NCBI GenBank assembly: GCA_010093605.1
Contig: MU004186.1
Coordinates: 265,765-329,764, forward strand
Source: Lophium mytilinum
Taxonomy: Eukaryota
DNA length: 64,000 bases
Direction: 5' to 3'
Shown: positions 1 to 12,853 of the stretch, one piece after another
Numbering within the stretch: position 1 is the first letter of the stretch
Layout of the letters: each line of letters opens with the position of its first letter
Program-made: the position numbers and the translations under genes
Notes under the pieces: generated by a model
Seen by the model: the letters and a program-made list of their open reading frames with translations, nothing else
Databases searched by the model: none
Told to the model about the DNA's origin: nothing

Positions 1-1649
1 GGGCCACAGGCCGCCGAGGATGCGGAAGAGGGAGGACTTGCCGCACCCGTTTGGCCCGACGATGAGCATGTGGTCGCCGGGTTTTACGGAGAAGCTGAGG
101 GCGCGCACGAGGACGTCGCCGTTGGGGGAGACGATGGGGACGTTGACGAATTCGATGTCCTCGCTTTCGATGACTTTGCCGCGCCCGCTGAGGACGGCGG
201 CGTTTTCTTCGGTGTTTGCTGAGGAAACGAGCTTCTTCTCAAAATGGCCGGCCTGGATGTCGTCGATGACATCTAGTAGTGTTGAAACTCTTGAGGTGTA
301 GCCGGCCAATTCTGTTATTTCCTTGTAGGAGAACATGACGCGACCGAACGCATCGGATGACATTAGCAGCATTCGTCGATTGGTAACAAAGCCTGCTATT
401 TGTTAGCATGAGCTCTGCCAATGCTATGGGAGCAACTTACTCTCCGTCCGGTCGCCCATGCTGTTACCCGCCACGCCAGGGATCTTGAAGAATACTGGGA
501 CACTGCAAAGCATCAAGCCTAATGCGCCCCAGAAGTACTTTATTACAAAGTCTTCCATTACACCGTGATAGAACCGCCTCCTCAGTATTCGGTTGACGTG
601 CTTGATGAGCGTGAAGTATCCTTTGTCTAGGGTGTCCTTTTCCGCCTCATGCCCGTGATATAGGGCCACTTCCTCACTGTAGTCAATGAGCCGCGAGTGC
701 TGGAACCTGAATTCGCCCTCCAGGCGTGCTTCGTCTGCAACATATCTGCCGAATGGTGGTGTAAGAGCTCGCATCACGCTTGCGGAAAGCTGGACAATCA
801 GGCTCATGAAAAACAGTCCTTCTCCGCCAACACTTCGAGACAAAGAGTAGTTGTATATGATCATGTCGAGGACGGGTTTGGCGATGTTCGAGTATAATTC
901 TGCCAAGCTGTTGGAGAACTTCGCGACATCGACGGTAATGAGCTGGTCGGCGTTCTTTATCCGGTCGTCGAGCGCGGAAAGCGTGTAAAAGGTCATGTGT
1001 GAGAGGTATCGATTGTGGATGTAATTCGTAAGGCGGGAACGGTATTGGAGCGAGAGTTTGCATTGGTGGTAGGAAAGCTGCAGAAGGTCAGTCAATACAC
1101 TGTTAGACTCCAGAGTCCATATGGACGTACCATCGAATTCGTAAAAGTGGCTGGTATAGCCACTACCATCCACCAGACCAGCCCAGTGAGGAAGTCTTTG
1201 CCTTTCCCTCTAACCAGACTGCTCACAAGTCTGCCATCCAGCTCGGCGACGTACAGACTGATGAGTGTCCGGAGCACCAGAAAGATGCTATGGCTAATGA
1301 GCAGCCGTAGCTCTTTACTCCTCCATCCCGGTATCACAATCTTAAGCAACCGCAGCAAGTTCTTGAAGAACTCCCGGTTCAACTCCACCTTCTTCCTCGA
1401 TGTCGCCTCTCCTTCGGTGGGGCCCGTCCCGGGTCGTTTCCGGGCCTCAGCTTGCCGCAGCGACGCTGCTTTCTGCTCGGATATGGCATTCCGTATTCGA
1501 TTGATGAGCGCGACGAAGAGAGTGAGGTATACAGCTCGAGAAATGCGCGTGCGGTGTTGGAGGTAGCGGGCAGTCAGTTCGTTGACCACGCGCTTGATGG
1601 CGCTCTCGGAGGGAACGGCGTGGGAGAAGAGCTTCGACTGAGCGGCCAT
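1..1649 (-). CDS. Peroxisomal ABCD-family half transporter (Pxa2-like long-chain fatty acid importer); 3' end runs off the window; at least 2 introns
   Basis: Exons at about 1649-1131, 1080-441 and 393-1. Translation includes [41 protein letters not shown] (EAA-like motif) and Walker [20 protein letters not shown]. Confidence 0.93.
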
Positions 1650-2158
1650 GGTGGTTCGAAGCTCAAGTCAGCATGGAATCGAGTGGGTTCAGTCGCCTGG
1701 AGCTTTGCGCATCGTGTTGGGATGGTGGACGTAGTGAGAGGTGACGATGCTGGTTGGTGCTTCGCATGTGATGCAACGCCTCGGCTCACATTCCGCGCTT
1801 TGCCTTCCCCACAGAATTCACTTCGAGGTCACGCGGCCTGCTGCGGTCGAGCAACACCAACTTCATTTCGGGAGCTGCTACTCGGCATTGAATATAATGC
1901 TCTGGATCTGCGGGCCGTATTCACGATGAGAGAGTTTCAAAAGCAGGAAGTAGTAATAATTCCTTGACCAAACCTCAAGTCTATTCCTCTACGTGTGAAC
2001 AACTAAAACGCATCCTCCAAAATGATATACAAAACGAAACACAGCTGAGCACTGATCGTACAAGAGACAACTACTCCCACAGACCTCAACCTAATCAAAA
2101 CCTCTTTAAAAACGTGCCATTTCGACGTCCGCTGTTCCCAGTAATCTCTCATCGTCAC

Positions 2159-2875
2159 TTAGTTACCCCTAGCTTTGATCGCAGCTCTCTTGCGTCTAGC
2201 TGCGACCTCCGCCGTAGAGACATAGAACCAATACTGCGCTTGGTAATCCACTTGGACCACAGCAGCTGGGTCTTGTCCTTCACATGTCGCAGGCGCCGTG
2301 CCGCCTTTGGTTACCAGTCGGTAGACTTCCTTGACCGCGCTTGTAGTCCCTGCTGTCTGAGCCACAAGCTTCAACCATGGCACGTCGACACTGCCATCTG
2401 ACTCGGCCGGCGCTGTCATAGCAGCATTCTTCTTGAGCTCCGTGTTTCCAAGACCGATGATGTCGAAGTCGGGAGTGGTGCTGTCGACGAAGAAGTGCAT
2501 TCCGATTGCGGCGGCATCTTCATTAATACTGCCCAAATTGCCACTAGCGACAGCACATGAGGCATTGGTAAGAGAGGCAACGGCGCCAATCGCGACAGGC
2601 AGTGTGGTCGATGAGCTGTTTGCGCACGTGTAGTTTTGTGTGCCGGTACCGGCAGCGATCAGGGCGAGTTGCAGACCCGAGGAGACAACGGGAAGAGTGT
2701 TGGCAGGCTGCGCAGTCGCGCTCAGGTCGCAAGATCCACCGGCGCTGACATTCGTCTGGCGCGGAGGGAACGGCGAGGGACGTCTGGTGGGGCCACGAAC
2801 TGGTCGCTGGACGTAAGGAGCAGCGGAGACAGAGACTGCGAGGGCGAATATCGCGAGGAGGGTAGTGGAACGCAT
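2159..2875 (-). CDS. Secreted DUF3455-family protein (often mis-annotated as malate dehydrogenase)
   Basis: Signal peptide MRSTTLLAIFALAVSVSA; family motifs GTGTQNYTC, AIGMHFF, DVPWLKL, VYRLVTKGGTAP, YQAQYWFY. Confidence 0.85.
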   Translation of the reverse strand: MRSTTLLAIFALAVSVSAAPYVQRPVRGPTRRPSPFPPRQTNVSAGGSCDLSATAQPANTLPVVSSGLQLALIAAGTGTQNYTCANSSSTTLPVAIGAVASLTNASCAVASGNLGSINEDAAAIGMHFFVDSTTPDFDIIGLGNTELKKNAAMTAPAESDGSVDVPWLKLVAQTAGTTSAVKEVYRLVTKGGTAPATCEGQDPAAVVQVDYQAQYWFYVSTAEVAARRKRAAIKARGN

Positions 2876-4480
2876 TTTCGCTGATATTAAGGGCAGGCGG
2901 TGGACAAGTAGACTTTTGCAGTTCTGAAGTGTTGGCGGCTGATGTTTTTCCGGATAATCTCGGTGTGAATCTGATGATCAATAAGGAGTGGAGTAATAGA
3001 TGTAGTACATCAGACAAGACGTGTTAAGTATTGATACAAGAGGAAAAGAAGGCTGCCAGAGCCAAAGAGAATCGAAGGTAAGTGAACGAAGATAAGAGAA
3101 AAAGAAAGGGTAGACTTCCAGAGTCGAGAATCAGGCAGATGAACGCTTGCTGGTTGAAGGAACTATTGGGCGGTGTCCCTTCGAGTTTATATCCTCCCAT
3201 ATACCTATGCCTGCCACACGGGCGATCATAAAGTCCTATTCCGTCGACGTTAGTCCTCAGGAGGATCGAGCACATCAAACATATGCCCCTGTGGTCATCA
3301 GGCCTAGACAGGAACTGAAGACACGAACTAGCGGCATGCAGGCTATGATTCATGTTGGAGAACTCCGTTGCAACCAAAGCAGGAAAAGAGAAAAGGAATA
3401 TACACTAATGTCGAACACCCCGGACAGAGTCTAGGGCATGAGTTGGTACCTGACGGGGATGGCACGGCTGCATGGATCTATTCCACATGGCGGCTGGCGT
3501 AACGGCTCAACAGCCTTCATGCGGAGTGTTCCATGCCATAAAGCAAAACTAATACCGGCCATCCCTATAGCTATTATTACCTGAGCTATCAGATAGTATC
3601 TAGATCATATACCGAGGCTCTCTTTGGCAGGTCTGGCTGGGCTCGAGATTTTAGTAGCGACGTGCGAGATGAGACTTCTCGCTGGCTGCTCCCTGGTGTC
3701 ACTCGTCGGAACCACGTCTGCGGGATCCTTCTCTTAGGAAGGCCAGGCTCGCGCGGTTGAAACTAGAGCTCCTGCAGCATCTGGAGCGCAAGTCGAAACG
3801 GTGAGGTTGAGGATAAATGAAGGAAGCGTAGTGGCATTCTGGAGGCAGGCAACTAGGCGATCTGAAACAGCCGCTGGAAAGACCCCAGCGGACCTACCGT
3901 TGCGAAGGGCGCGCCTAGGAAGGTGGGACAAGCGGGCGATGCCTTCCGACGGGCGCAAATATACGCGGGACGCTGCCTGCTTGCGTCGCAGCCATTGAAA
4001 CTTATCTGAAACCTGATATAGCCCCGGGTTTGACGGTGGCGAGTGGCATCGCCGTCCCGCCTCTCCAACGTCCCTACCATCGCTTTCTTCGTTGGCTCGT
4101 GTCTGAGGTGTTGAATATACACTGACGATGGGTGCATTTCGACGTCCCGTGGGTGGTGATGTCGCGACTCTGACGCGAATGGCTGAGGTCTCTTTAAGGT
4201 TCCCGGTGCGCGAATCAGGCGAACTTGGCGACCCTTGGGACGCGCAGAACAACGGCCAATGGCTTCAATGGAATTTGCACAGCCTGCTTGCAGGTCCACG
4301 GGTTGCTGGCTATGCGGCAGAGCGGTCGTCAGCCTTGTCCGCAGTCTTCTCGTAACGTTGCCAGCCACCTCGCTGCTCCCGTCCAAACTCCATCAAACAC
4401 TCTTCCCGGCGCCCAGCTTTGTCCTGAGATTTCCGTACGACTCGCGCTGGACGCAGAGTGGCCTTAATCTTTGAAACGCC

Positions 4481-7400
4481 ATGTCATCTGACCTCAGGAT
4501 GGATGCCATGCCCCCAAGAACTTCAGTCGCAGAACTCGCCCGTCGTGCCGGCATCAGCCCTCCTGTCAGCCGTCAGCCGTGTCTCTCCGCTCCCTCGAAT
4601 CCCCCACCACGAGTCGCGGATGAAGACCGCGCTCAGGCTCGGAATCTACTTAGCGAGCAGCGCAAGGGAAAGCCTGGGTATAAGGAGCCAGACAAGCAGC
4701 TGAAACGCATCTTCAGGTCCTCCAAGGTGAACGAGCAGCTCGGTGATCCGAACCACTGGACATTCTCCCAAGAGGAATTAGACGAGGCACTACTAGGACT
4801 ACTAAACGGCCACCCACGACCATCATTAGTGCAGGCACTCCTAGACCTAGGCGCTAGCGTCAATATCGTCGAGGCATCCAACGACAAGACGAAGAAGAAA
4901 AATGACAGCCTCAAGAGACGCAGTACCGTTCTCCAGCGGGCCACCTCTCGGCGCAATTTTGCGTCTGTCAGTCTCCTGGCAAGTAGTGGTGCCGACAGGC
5001 AAACGTTAAACGACGGCCTCAAAGTTGCCCTAGCGGCAAAGGATCTGTCGTGTATTGAAGAGTTGCTGCGACATGGTGCAGATATAAACCAACATAACGA
5101 CGGCTTCACACAGGCTGTAGCTTCCGCGGACCTCGCGCTTCTACAACTGTTACTTCGCGCACCTCAACCTCCGACTCCAGATCTCGTCTCACGATCTCTC
5201 CATCTTGCCGCCCAATTTCAATCTGTTCCCACAGTATGCTTGCTGATTACCTATGGCGCGGACCCGAACCACCACGATGCGTCGGCCTTCAAGCAGGCCC
5301 TCTCGACTCGAAATTATCACCTAGCCTTGGCAATAGCTCGTAGTCCCATTGCTATTACGCCTCAATCTCTGCAAGGCACCTTCGACATCGTCTTACGGAA
5401 TCCAGACCAAGCAATATTAGAAGACTTCATCGAGCTTCTGCTAGCCTGTGGCCTACCTTCCAACATGGACGGTATCTCTCGCCTACTCGTTTTCGCTGCG
5501 AAAAGTAATCGAATAAGTTTTGCGCGCAAGCTCGTCAGTAATGGGGTATCACCAGACTACAATGGCGCGGAGAGCCTCAAGCGTGCCATCTCAGAATGTA
5601 ACTGGCTAATGGTAGATATCTTGCTCTCTGGCACCATCTCACGCATAAACGCCTCAGACGCTGTGGCATCAATTCCCGCAAGAATCAGCCGGCAAGAAAG
5701 GCTGTCTATTATCGACAAATTGGCGCAAAGAGGGGCCACAGGAGTACCACTCGGGGAATTCCTCATTGTTGCCGCTGAAGAAGATGACCTCGAGTTGCTC
5801 TCACTTCTTGTTCGCCTCGGAGCCCCATTAGAGAACAGAAGTAACCGAGCACTTCTCTCAGTCATTGCCACGCGAGATCTTCGAAAACTCAGGCTTCTCC
5901 TGCACCTGGAGGCTACCCCAACAGCGCTAAGCCAACTGTTTCCATTGCTTCGCCAAGGATACACAAGGCCCGAACGACTCGATGCCAGCAGGCTTCTGCT
6001 CGAGGCTGGTGCAAAGGGGCGTGAGGTCGATCAGGCTCTTGTTGATGCCGTAGCAGATACCACTCCATCAAGAGACTTTGCTCTCATTGAGCTACTTCGA
6101 TCTAGAGCAGACGTTGACTGCGAGGAAGGAATGAGTCTTGTTCTGGCCATTCAGCAGAAAGACCTGTCCGTTATTCGAAGCCTGTGCGTTGCAGGGCCCT
6201 CTGTTTTCACCGTTTCGAAAGCCTTGCCACTCGCATTCGGAGTGGATGGTTTGACGGCGTCTGAGGTCCTCCGCATCGTCGAGTTGCTTTTACCACTTAG
6301 ACCTTCCAGCGAGTCCGTGGCGCAAGCTGTCACTCTCGCAGTAGGTGGAGGCTCCCAGAATATTGAAGTCATCGCCCACCTTGTGGGGAACGATGCTGTA
6401 TTGGGTGGTCTTGCGTTTCGGGCCGCCCTGAGGTTGACGAGCGTAGAGGAGAAGTTGAGAATACTATCCAACCTTCTTCCAGGATCCTTGCCATCTGAAG
6501 AGATCGGGAGAGCTCTGATTGCGGAAACGCAAACGGCAGTGCATAGCAATGTCTTTACTCTAGTCCAACTACTTTTGCACAATGGAGCCCCTGTAGACTT
6601 CAACGAGGGCGAGGCGCTGCGAATTGCCGCAGCTTCTTCATCCGTTCGGCTGTTGGATGTGCTATTGAACACTGGCCGGCGGCCACAAACCTTGTCAGTG
6701 ACAAAGGCCTTTCGGGCGCTTATGCACGACGATGGCTCCCAGAAAAACCAAGAGTCGGTACAAGTTGCAGAACTACTACTTAAAAGAGGAGTTGATCAGC
6801 CTGCTATAGATTCCGGACTACGTTCTACCCTTGACGAGCTCTCTTGGGGGAGCAGCTCTGGACAAATGGTGGACCTCTTACTAGACCACCACGCAAACGT
6901 CAATACAGCCGATGGCACCTGCTTTACCTTTGCGGCTCGAACCAACGCTCTCGATTTATTTGCCAAGCTACTGGCACATGACCCGGACTACAGAGTCATT
7001 GTTCCTAGCCTACTAGGCTCCGGTCTAGATGAGCCCTCTCTTGTCCCTGCTCTGAAGAGTTGTTTCGAGAATGGATGCCCTCCTGCACTACTCGACTTAT
7101 GTGGGCGAGGCAAAGACCCCCCATTGGTCGTCGCGATGCGAGACTACCCGCGAGGCAAGTCGCTAGTATCTCTGCTATTAACGCATGGATGTACCCCAGA
7201 TATTGCCACAAAACATGTTCTCGACCATGACATAGGCGAGGAAGCGATCTCTGCACTACTCTGGGCCCTCGACCAACCGCAAAAGAAGATTTCCACCAAT
7301 GTTATTCAGGCCCTCCTTGAAGCTGGATGTAAGTAATCTGTCCACTTCTTACCTAACTTTGACTAATTCAGCATGTAGCCTCACCTCTCCGTCGGTCTCC

Positions 7401-8634
7401 TCGATCTGATATATCCCCGCTCACCCTTGCTGCTCGTGAAGCACGTCCGGAAATTGTCGCCGAATTGCTTGCACGCGGCGCTGAACCTTCCTTCAGAGAC
7501 AGCTCAAACCGCTCTGTGCTATTTTACGCGAGCAGCAAACCCGTTCCCAGCATCGTCAAGTCTCTTTGCGAAGCCAAGGCTTTGAGAGACGACGGCAGCT
7601 TACACGAAGCAGCATGCTCACTGCAGCTAGGCAACGCTTCTCTGCTTCTCGAGCATGGCCACAAACCAAACTTTCCTTCTAGGCTGCATGGTGGTCGGAG
7701 TGCTCTCGGCCAACTGTGTTTGGGAGCTGAAGTCACCAATTCAGATCAGCGGACTAAACTACGACAGATGATTCGGTTGCTCTTAGACGCCGGCGCGAAC
7801 GCAAAATTCCGAGCCCGCGACCAGAAATCCGTGGTTATATTGGCTCTCGACAACCCTCACCACGCAGTGGAGGTGACTGACGCCCTTCTCGAGACCGAAG
7901 TATGGGAGGACTTGAATGATGATAAACACCTCTATCATGACGACGCCGGCTACTGCTACTCGCCGCTCAAGTACGCAGAGCTGATGCCACGGCCTGGGCG
8001 TGACGCGCAGAAGCGTGAGCTCATGGAAGTCCTGATAGACAAGGCATGCGTTCCAAAGTTCTACGCCGAGGAAGGAGAGCAACCTGCCGGTGCCGTCGGA
8101 TTACCAGCACATCTAGCTCGTATAGCCGCTCGGAGGGCCGAGCAGAGGACTGCGATGCAGCTGGAACGCGAAGCAGACGAACATACACGACGTTTAGCGG
8201 AGACCAAGCATCTAGACGATATTCGTAGAACAAGGGAGAGAGAATTGGCGGCGCAGGCTGCCCTACAGAACACGCACGCTGTGCAAGCGCGACTAGAGGC
8301 GGCGAAGCACGACTCGGAGATCCGCCGGATTCGAGAGGCGGAGAGGGTGAAGAGGGACCAGCGGCAAGAATATGCGAATCAACAGCTGCAGATTGAGGAG
8401 CGCGAAGGAGCTGCTACGTACCAGCGCGAGCAGCTATTCATTGAGCAGCGGAGGAAGGAATTGGACTATAGGAACTCGGCTGAGCAAAGGGCTCTTTTGG
8501 ATAAGGAGAAGGTGTTTGAGCGGAATGTGCAACGGCAGAAGGCGTTGATCGATCGGAACGATCAGAGTGCGAGGCTTCATGCGAAGCTGCAGCAGGAGAA
8601 GCCGAATCAGTTGTATCTTGAGCAGCCTGATTAG
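4481..8634 (+). CDS. Large ankyrin-repeat protein (about 1370 aa) with a C-terminal charged coiled coil; one intron 7329-7378
   Basis: Many degenerate ANK units (LLRHGADIN, LITYGADPN, LLHNGAPVDFNEGEAL, LLDHHANVN, LLDAGANAK). A GTAAGT...CTAAT...TAG intron joins the 951-aa and 389-aa ORFs in frame. Tail is E/R/Q-rich. Confidence 0.85.
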
Positions 8635-9380
8635 GGAGCGACTTGCTGTTCTGTTTTGTTTCTGGAATTCTCGGGTATGTAGTTGTTTGCATTTAGGGTG
8701 CGTTGCTTTAGGTGTTGGGTTTTCGAGGTGTTACATAGTCGGCGCCGGGTTTCTGTCAAGATTGATCAGACGCTTGAAAAGTCTCCTGCTCTTGGATATT
8801 ACAAATCACCTCTCTCGCTCAGATAAAAAGCTACCCAAGTTCAATCGACGCTTGTTTTGCTTAATCGTTTTATTGAACACAACTCCACAGAAACGTGTAC
8901 ACTCATTCAATACCACCCTCTGAGGAAAGAATTTGAGTGTGGCGCGTGGACGCTTTCTTATAGCTAGCAAGACGAGCCAACTTAGATTGATGACTCACCG
9001 GCGCTAGAGGTTTTAATCGACCCGGACTAGACGTTGTAGTCGTGCCAATGCATGCGCATAAGGAAACGGGTGTGGGAATGCGTTTTTGGGTTGCGTTATG
9101 CATGTTCTATCCTCACCCACGAGTTAGGGCCTCATCTGTTCGGAGATAGAATGAATTCACGTGAAGCAAGCCCTTGAGCAAGACCACAACTCGAAAGTAA
9201 TACTGCTGGTGATTCTTGTGGTGAAGAAAGAGGGAGGTGAAACTCCGGATCGGCCAAACGTTGAAGCGAACAGCCCGGACACGACCTCTCCCGCCCCAAG
9301 CCACCGCCGCGTTCCCCAAACCCGCCAGGACTGCCCGCCAGGGGGCCCAGCAACCCGCCGCAATCGCCCACCCCTCCACG

Positions 9381-11660
9381 ATGACCGACGTCGAAGGCCC
9401 TCTCAAGCTCGCGGAGCTGCTGCGGCACCCGGAGGACCTGGACAAGATCCCCGCGCTGAAGGCCGAGTTCACGCGCAAGAAAGCGACGGTCGACGAGCAG
9501 CTGCGGCATGGACTCCGCGAGCAGCTTGAGGTGACGCAGGCGGGCATGACGAGCATCACGGACGGCACGCGCACTGTCAATCAAATCAAAGAAGAGATGA
9601 TGAAGATCGACAAGCTGTGTGCGGAGGCGCAGAACATGATTCGCGATTTCCCGCATATCAACCTGGTGGCGCAGACGCATCGGAACTTTGAGCAGGTGGA
9701 GAAGATGAAGAGGGATATTGATGCGTTTGAGGAGAGGTTGGCGGGGTTGGAGGCGCTGTTGCAGGAGGATGATGCGGATTTGGAGAATCAGCCGAACTTG
9801 CTCGAGGTGCATTATGGGTTGACGCTGCTGAGGGATATCCGGGATGAGGCGATGGAGCAGATTAAGAGCTCGGAGGAGGCGGGGACGGAGCTGATCGAGA
9901 ATCTGAGGCTGGATAGCGGCGCGACGGTGCAGGAGTACTTTGCGAGGCTGGATGAGGTGGTGGATTGGTTTGATGATCATGTGGGCAATGCTTGCATGAA
10001 TTTGATACCGCTGGTACAATCGGGCAATGCGGGCATGGTTGTCCGGCTTGCGCTGATTATTGAAGAGGAGGAAAAGAAAGACAAGAAAGTCAAGGCGTTG
10101 CAGGATGCGCAGAGAGAGTTCAAGGGGCTGGCGGCAAGATTCAAGAGCATTGCGACTGGGCCCAAGGAGTTACGAGGATACAAGGAAAAGTTCTTGCAAG
10201 CTATTAAGGCAACTGCGGAGTTGAGGATAGCGGAATCCAATGAGACGTTTCTAGGCGAACCGGACAAGCTGGACAAGATTACTAGGTGGCATTTCAACGA
10301 CTTGAACACAGTAAAGTTGGGTATGGTCACCCTTATGCCGAAGAAATGGCGGATTTTCAAGCAATACACGGATATCTACCACAATCTCATGCACGACTGG
10401 CTCGTTGAGCGTATCGACGATCAAGAACTGGCACCGACACACATGCTTGCTATCATTCACTGGGTGGACAAGTACTACATAAAGATGGCCAAGCTTGGAG
10501 TCCCGGAAGACCTTCTCGCACCTCACCTGATCGATAATCGTGGCCCTGAGCTTGTCCGAGAATACCGGCAACTTATCATTAAAGCTGTCGAGGAATGGAT
10601 GGACCGGATGGCAGTCACAGATAAAGAGAACTTCCTCTCCCGCAGCGAAGGAGCTTTGGAAACGGACGAAAATGGTTGGTTTCGTACCAAGACGCTGGGC
10701 GACATGTGGCGCATGCTGCGAGAACAGTTGCTTGTTGCCGGCAACAGTGACCGCACAGATGTCGCCGAAGGTGTCGTTGAAGCTATGTTCCGTGCCCTTA
10801 CATCTCGCCAGAGAATGTGGGAATCGCTCACCGAGGCCGAACTGGCGAAATACTCCGTCCCCACGGCCGACCAGGACGGCCTACAGCCACTTCAAGACTG
10901 GCTGATCTCCATCGCCAACGACCAAATCGCCTGCATCGACGAACGCGATTCAGATCCCGACACCAACGGCTCCTACGTCTCAAGCTTCCAACGCGATGTC
11001 ACCTCTCTCGTCTCCCCAGCCTACGCCCCGATCATCGACGGCTCCATGGAACAACTTAAAAACGGGTACATCGACCTCGGCGCGCATTGCATCCACATCT
11101 TCGCTTCCCTCATTTTCCTCGTCGACTTCCGCTCCATCCTCTCTGAGTTCTTCACCGGCGCCTGGTACTCCCAAAAGCGCATCGGCCAGATCGTCAACAC
11201 ATTCCAAGACTACCTCTCCGACTACGAATCCGTCCTACACCCCTCCCTCCGCGATATCCTAGTCGAAGAACTCGCAGACGAACTCCTCGTGCACTACCTC
11301 TCCGCTGTCCGCAACAGGGGCGCTCGCTTCCGCCGCGCAGACCCCTTCACCGAAAAAATCAAAGACGACGTCGTCACGGCGTTTGAGTTCTTCCAGGCGT
11401 ACCCCTCCTTCGCCGATATCAAGCAGAAGTGGCGCGTGATGGATGGCTTCGTCAAGCTACTTGAAGCGGATAAGACTCAGGTCGTCCACGTGTATGCCGA
11501 TTTCAAGGAGCACTACTGGGACGTGCAGATTGGGTGGGTGGAGGCGGTGTTGCGGTCCCGAGACGACTTTGAGCGGTCCATGCTTAACCAGGTGAAGAGC
11601 AAGGCCGCGGAAGTTTATGTGGAGAGGGGCGATGATACGATCATGGGGAAGGTCAAATAG
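9381..11660 (+). CDS. SEC6: Exocyst complex component Sec6
   Basis: Intronless ORF starting MTDVEGPLKLAELLRHPEDLDKIPALKAEFTRKK and ending VLRSRDDFERSML...TIMGKVK, typical of fungal Sec6. Confidence 0.93.
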   Translation: MTDVEGPLKLAELLRHPEDLDKIPALKAEFTRKKATVDEQLRHGLREQLEVTQAGMTSITDGTRTVNQIKEEMMKIDKLCAEAQNMIRDFPHINLVAQTHRNFEQVEKMKRDIDAFEERLAGLEALLQEDDADLENQPNLLEVHYGLTLLRDIRDEAMEQIKSSEEAGTELIENLRLDSGATVQEYFARLDEVVDWFDDHVGNACMNLIPLVQSGNAGMVVRLALIIEEEEKKDKKVKALQDAQREFKGLAARFKSIATGPKELRGYKEKFLQAIKATAELRIAESNETFLGEPDKLDKITRWHFNDLNTVKLGMVTLMPKKWRIFKQYTDIYHNLMHDWLVERIDDQELAPTHMLAIIHWVDKYYIKMAKLGVPEDLLAPHLIDNRGPELVREYRQLIIKAVEEWMDRMAVTDKENFLSRSEGALETDENGWFRTKTLGDMWRMLREQLLVAGNSDRTDVAEGVVEAMFRALTSRQRMWESLTEAELAKYSVPTADQDGLQPLQDWLISIANDQIACIDERDSDPDTNGSYVSSFQRDVTSLVSPAYAPIIDGSMEQLKNGYIDLGAHCIHIFASLIFLVDFRSILSEFFTGAWYSQKRIGQIVNTFQDYLSDYESVLHPSLRDILVEELADELLVHYLSAVRNRGARFRRADPFTEKIKDDVVTAFEFFQAYPSFADIKQKWRVMDGFVKLLEADKTQVVHVYADFKEHYWDVQIGWVEAVLRSRDDFERSMLNQVKSKAAEVYVERGDDTIMGKVK

Positions 11661-12853
11661 ACGCGTGTTTGGCTGGGGCGGGAGTGGTTTTGTTAGAGAT
11701 TTTGGTTGAATAGGTCTTAGCGCGGTTGAAAACGGATGCATGGGTTGGTGTTTGGGGTTTGGGGTTTGGTTGAATTGTACGAATACCCGAAGCGGTGTGT
11801 TTATCTACAGTTATTTCATGCGGGCTCCATGCATAGAATTTGGCAGTCTACGAATCTGTTCTGTTTCAGTCATTCAACCTGCCACCCTCGAGCGGCCCGG
11901 AACCCTGCAGAAAACAGGACCGAAACTTAGCGCTAAACAATGACATCCTGCATTCACACCACGAGCGGGCTAAATACTCTACAAACGCCCTGATATCAGG
12001 CGGCCTCCATATTGCAATCGCAATCTCGAGCGTGAGCGCCAGTTTCCACAGACCTTACAAGCTACCTCCCCGCATTTGGACCTAGCCACCAGAGTTTTCC
12101 TTATACCAAATAGAAACTGCGACGTGGACGTCAATCCGCTCGAATGACTCCCGGACAGACGTGCTAGCATCTCAGTCTACATACCTTTGAATGAAGGTTT
12201 GCTGGCTAGCCTGACCGTAATTGCGTTTACTGAAGCTGGTGCCGGAGCGATTTCGAAATTTGGGCCTCATGCGACGTCTTCAGTTGCGGCTCTTGTCCTA
12301 GCAATACTTGCCACAGTAACGTTACTCTAAGTGAAACCGTCGGAAGCGGCTGGAGCAGCTTGCCCTCACAAACACCAAACAGCTTCCTTGTTTTGTTACT
12401 TGCCCTTGATAGTTTGCTCTGAAGGCATCGACTCGAACTTTTTCCGTCATTTTTTGTTCTCTTCTGACTTCATCTGTCGCATTTTTATCACTTTGGAAAG
12501 ACAGATGGCTTAAAGTATCATGAGGAATATGCCTCCATATTCTTATATCCTTTCCTTCATCAAAGTCAAAGTCCATCTCATCAACTCCAAGTTTGTGTAT
12601 GACGAATATCTATACTCCGTAATGTTGAAGCAAACAATGAGGTTGGGAGAATTTTCTATGCAGCTTCAGTCGCAAACGCCTACGTCAGGACCTGCGTCGC
12701 GGTGCTCCTGGATGAAAGATGTCGGATGCGACACGAGATTAACATATAAGATGTTCTAGGAGGTCTGCGGGAGGAAGTGCAAAACAACCTGATCACTCTG
12801 CATCTCGTGACAACAGCGATTATCGCTGCTTTCGGACGTTTCACTGCCTCAGC

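Noticed and set aside
9237..9380. Non-ATG N-terminal extension of Sec6
   Set aside because: The recognisable Sec6 start is at 9381 and nothing supports upstream initiation.
9132..10019. Long antisense ORFs (e.g. 295 aa opposite SEC6, and others opposite CEG1, the P450s and SDE2)
   Set aside because: Typical shadows of GC-rich codon usage with no domain signal.
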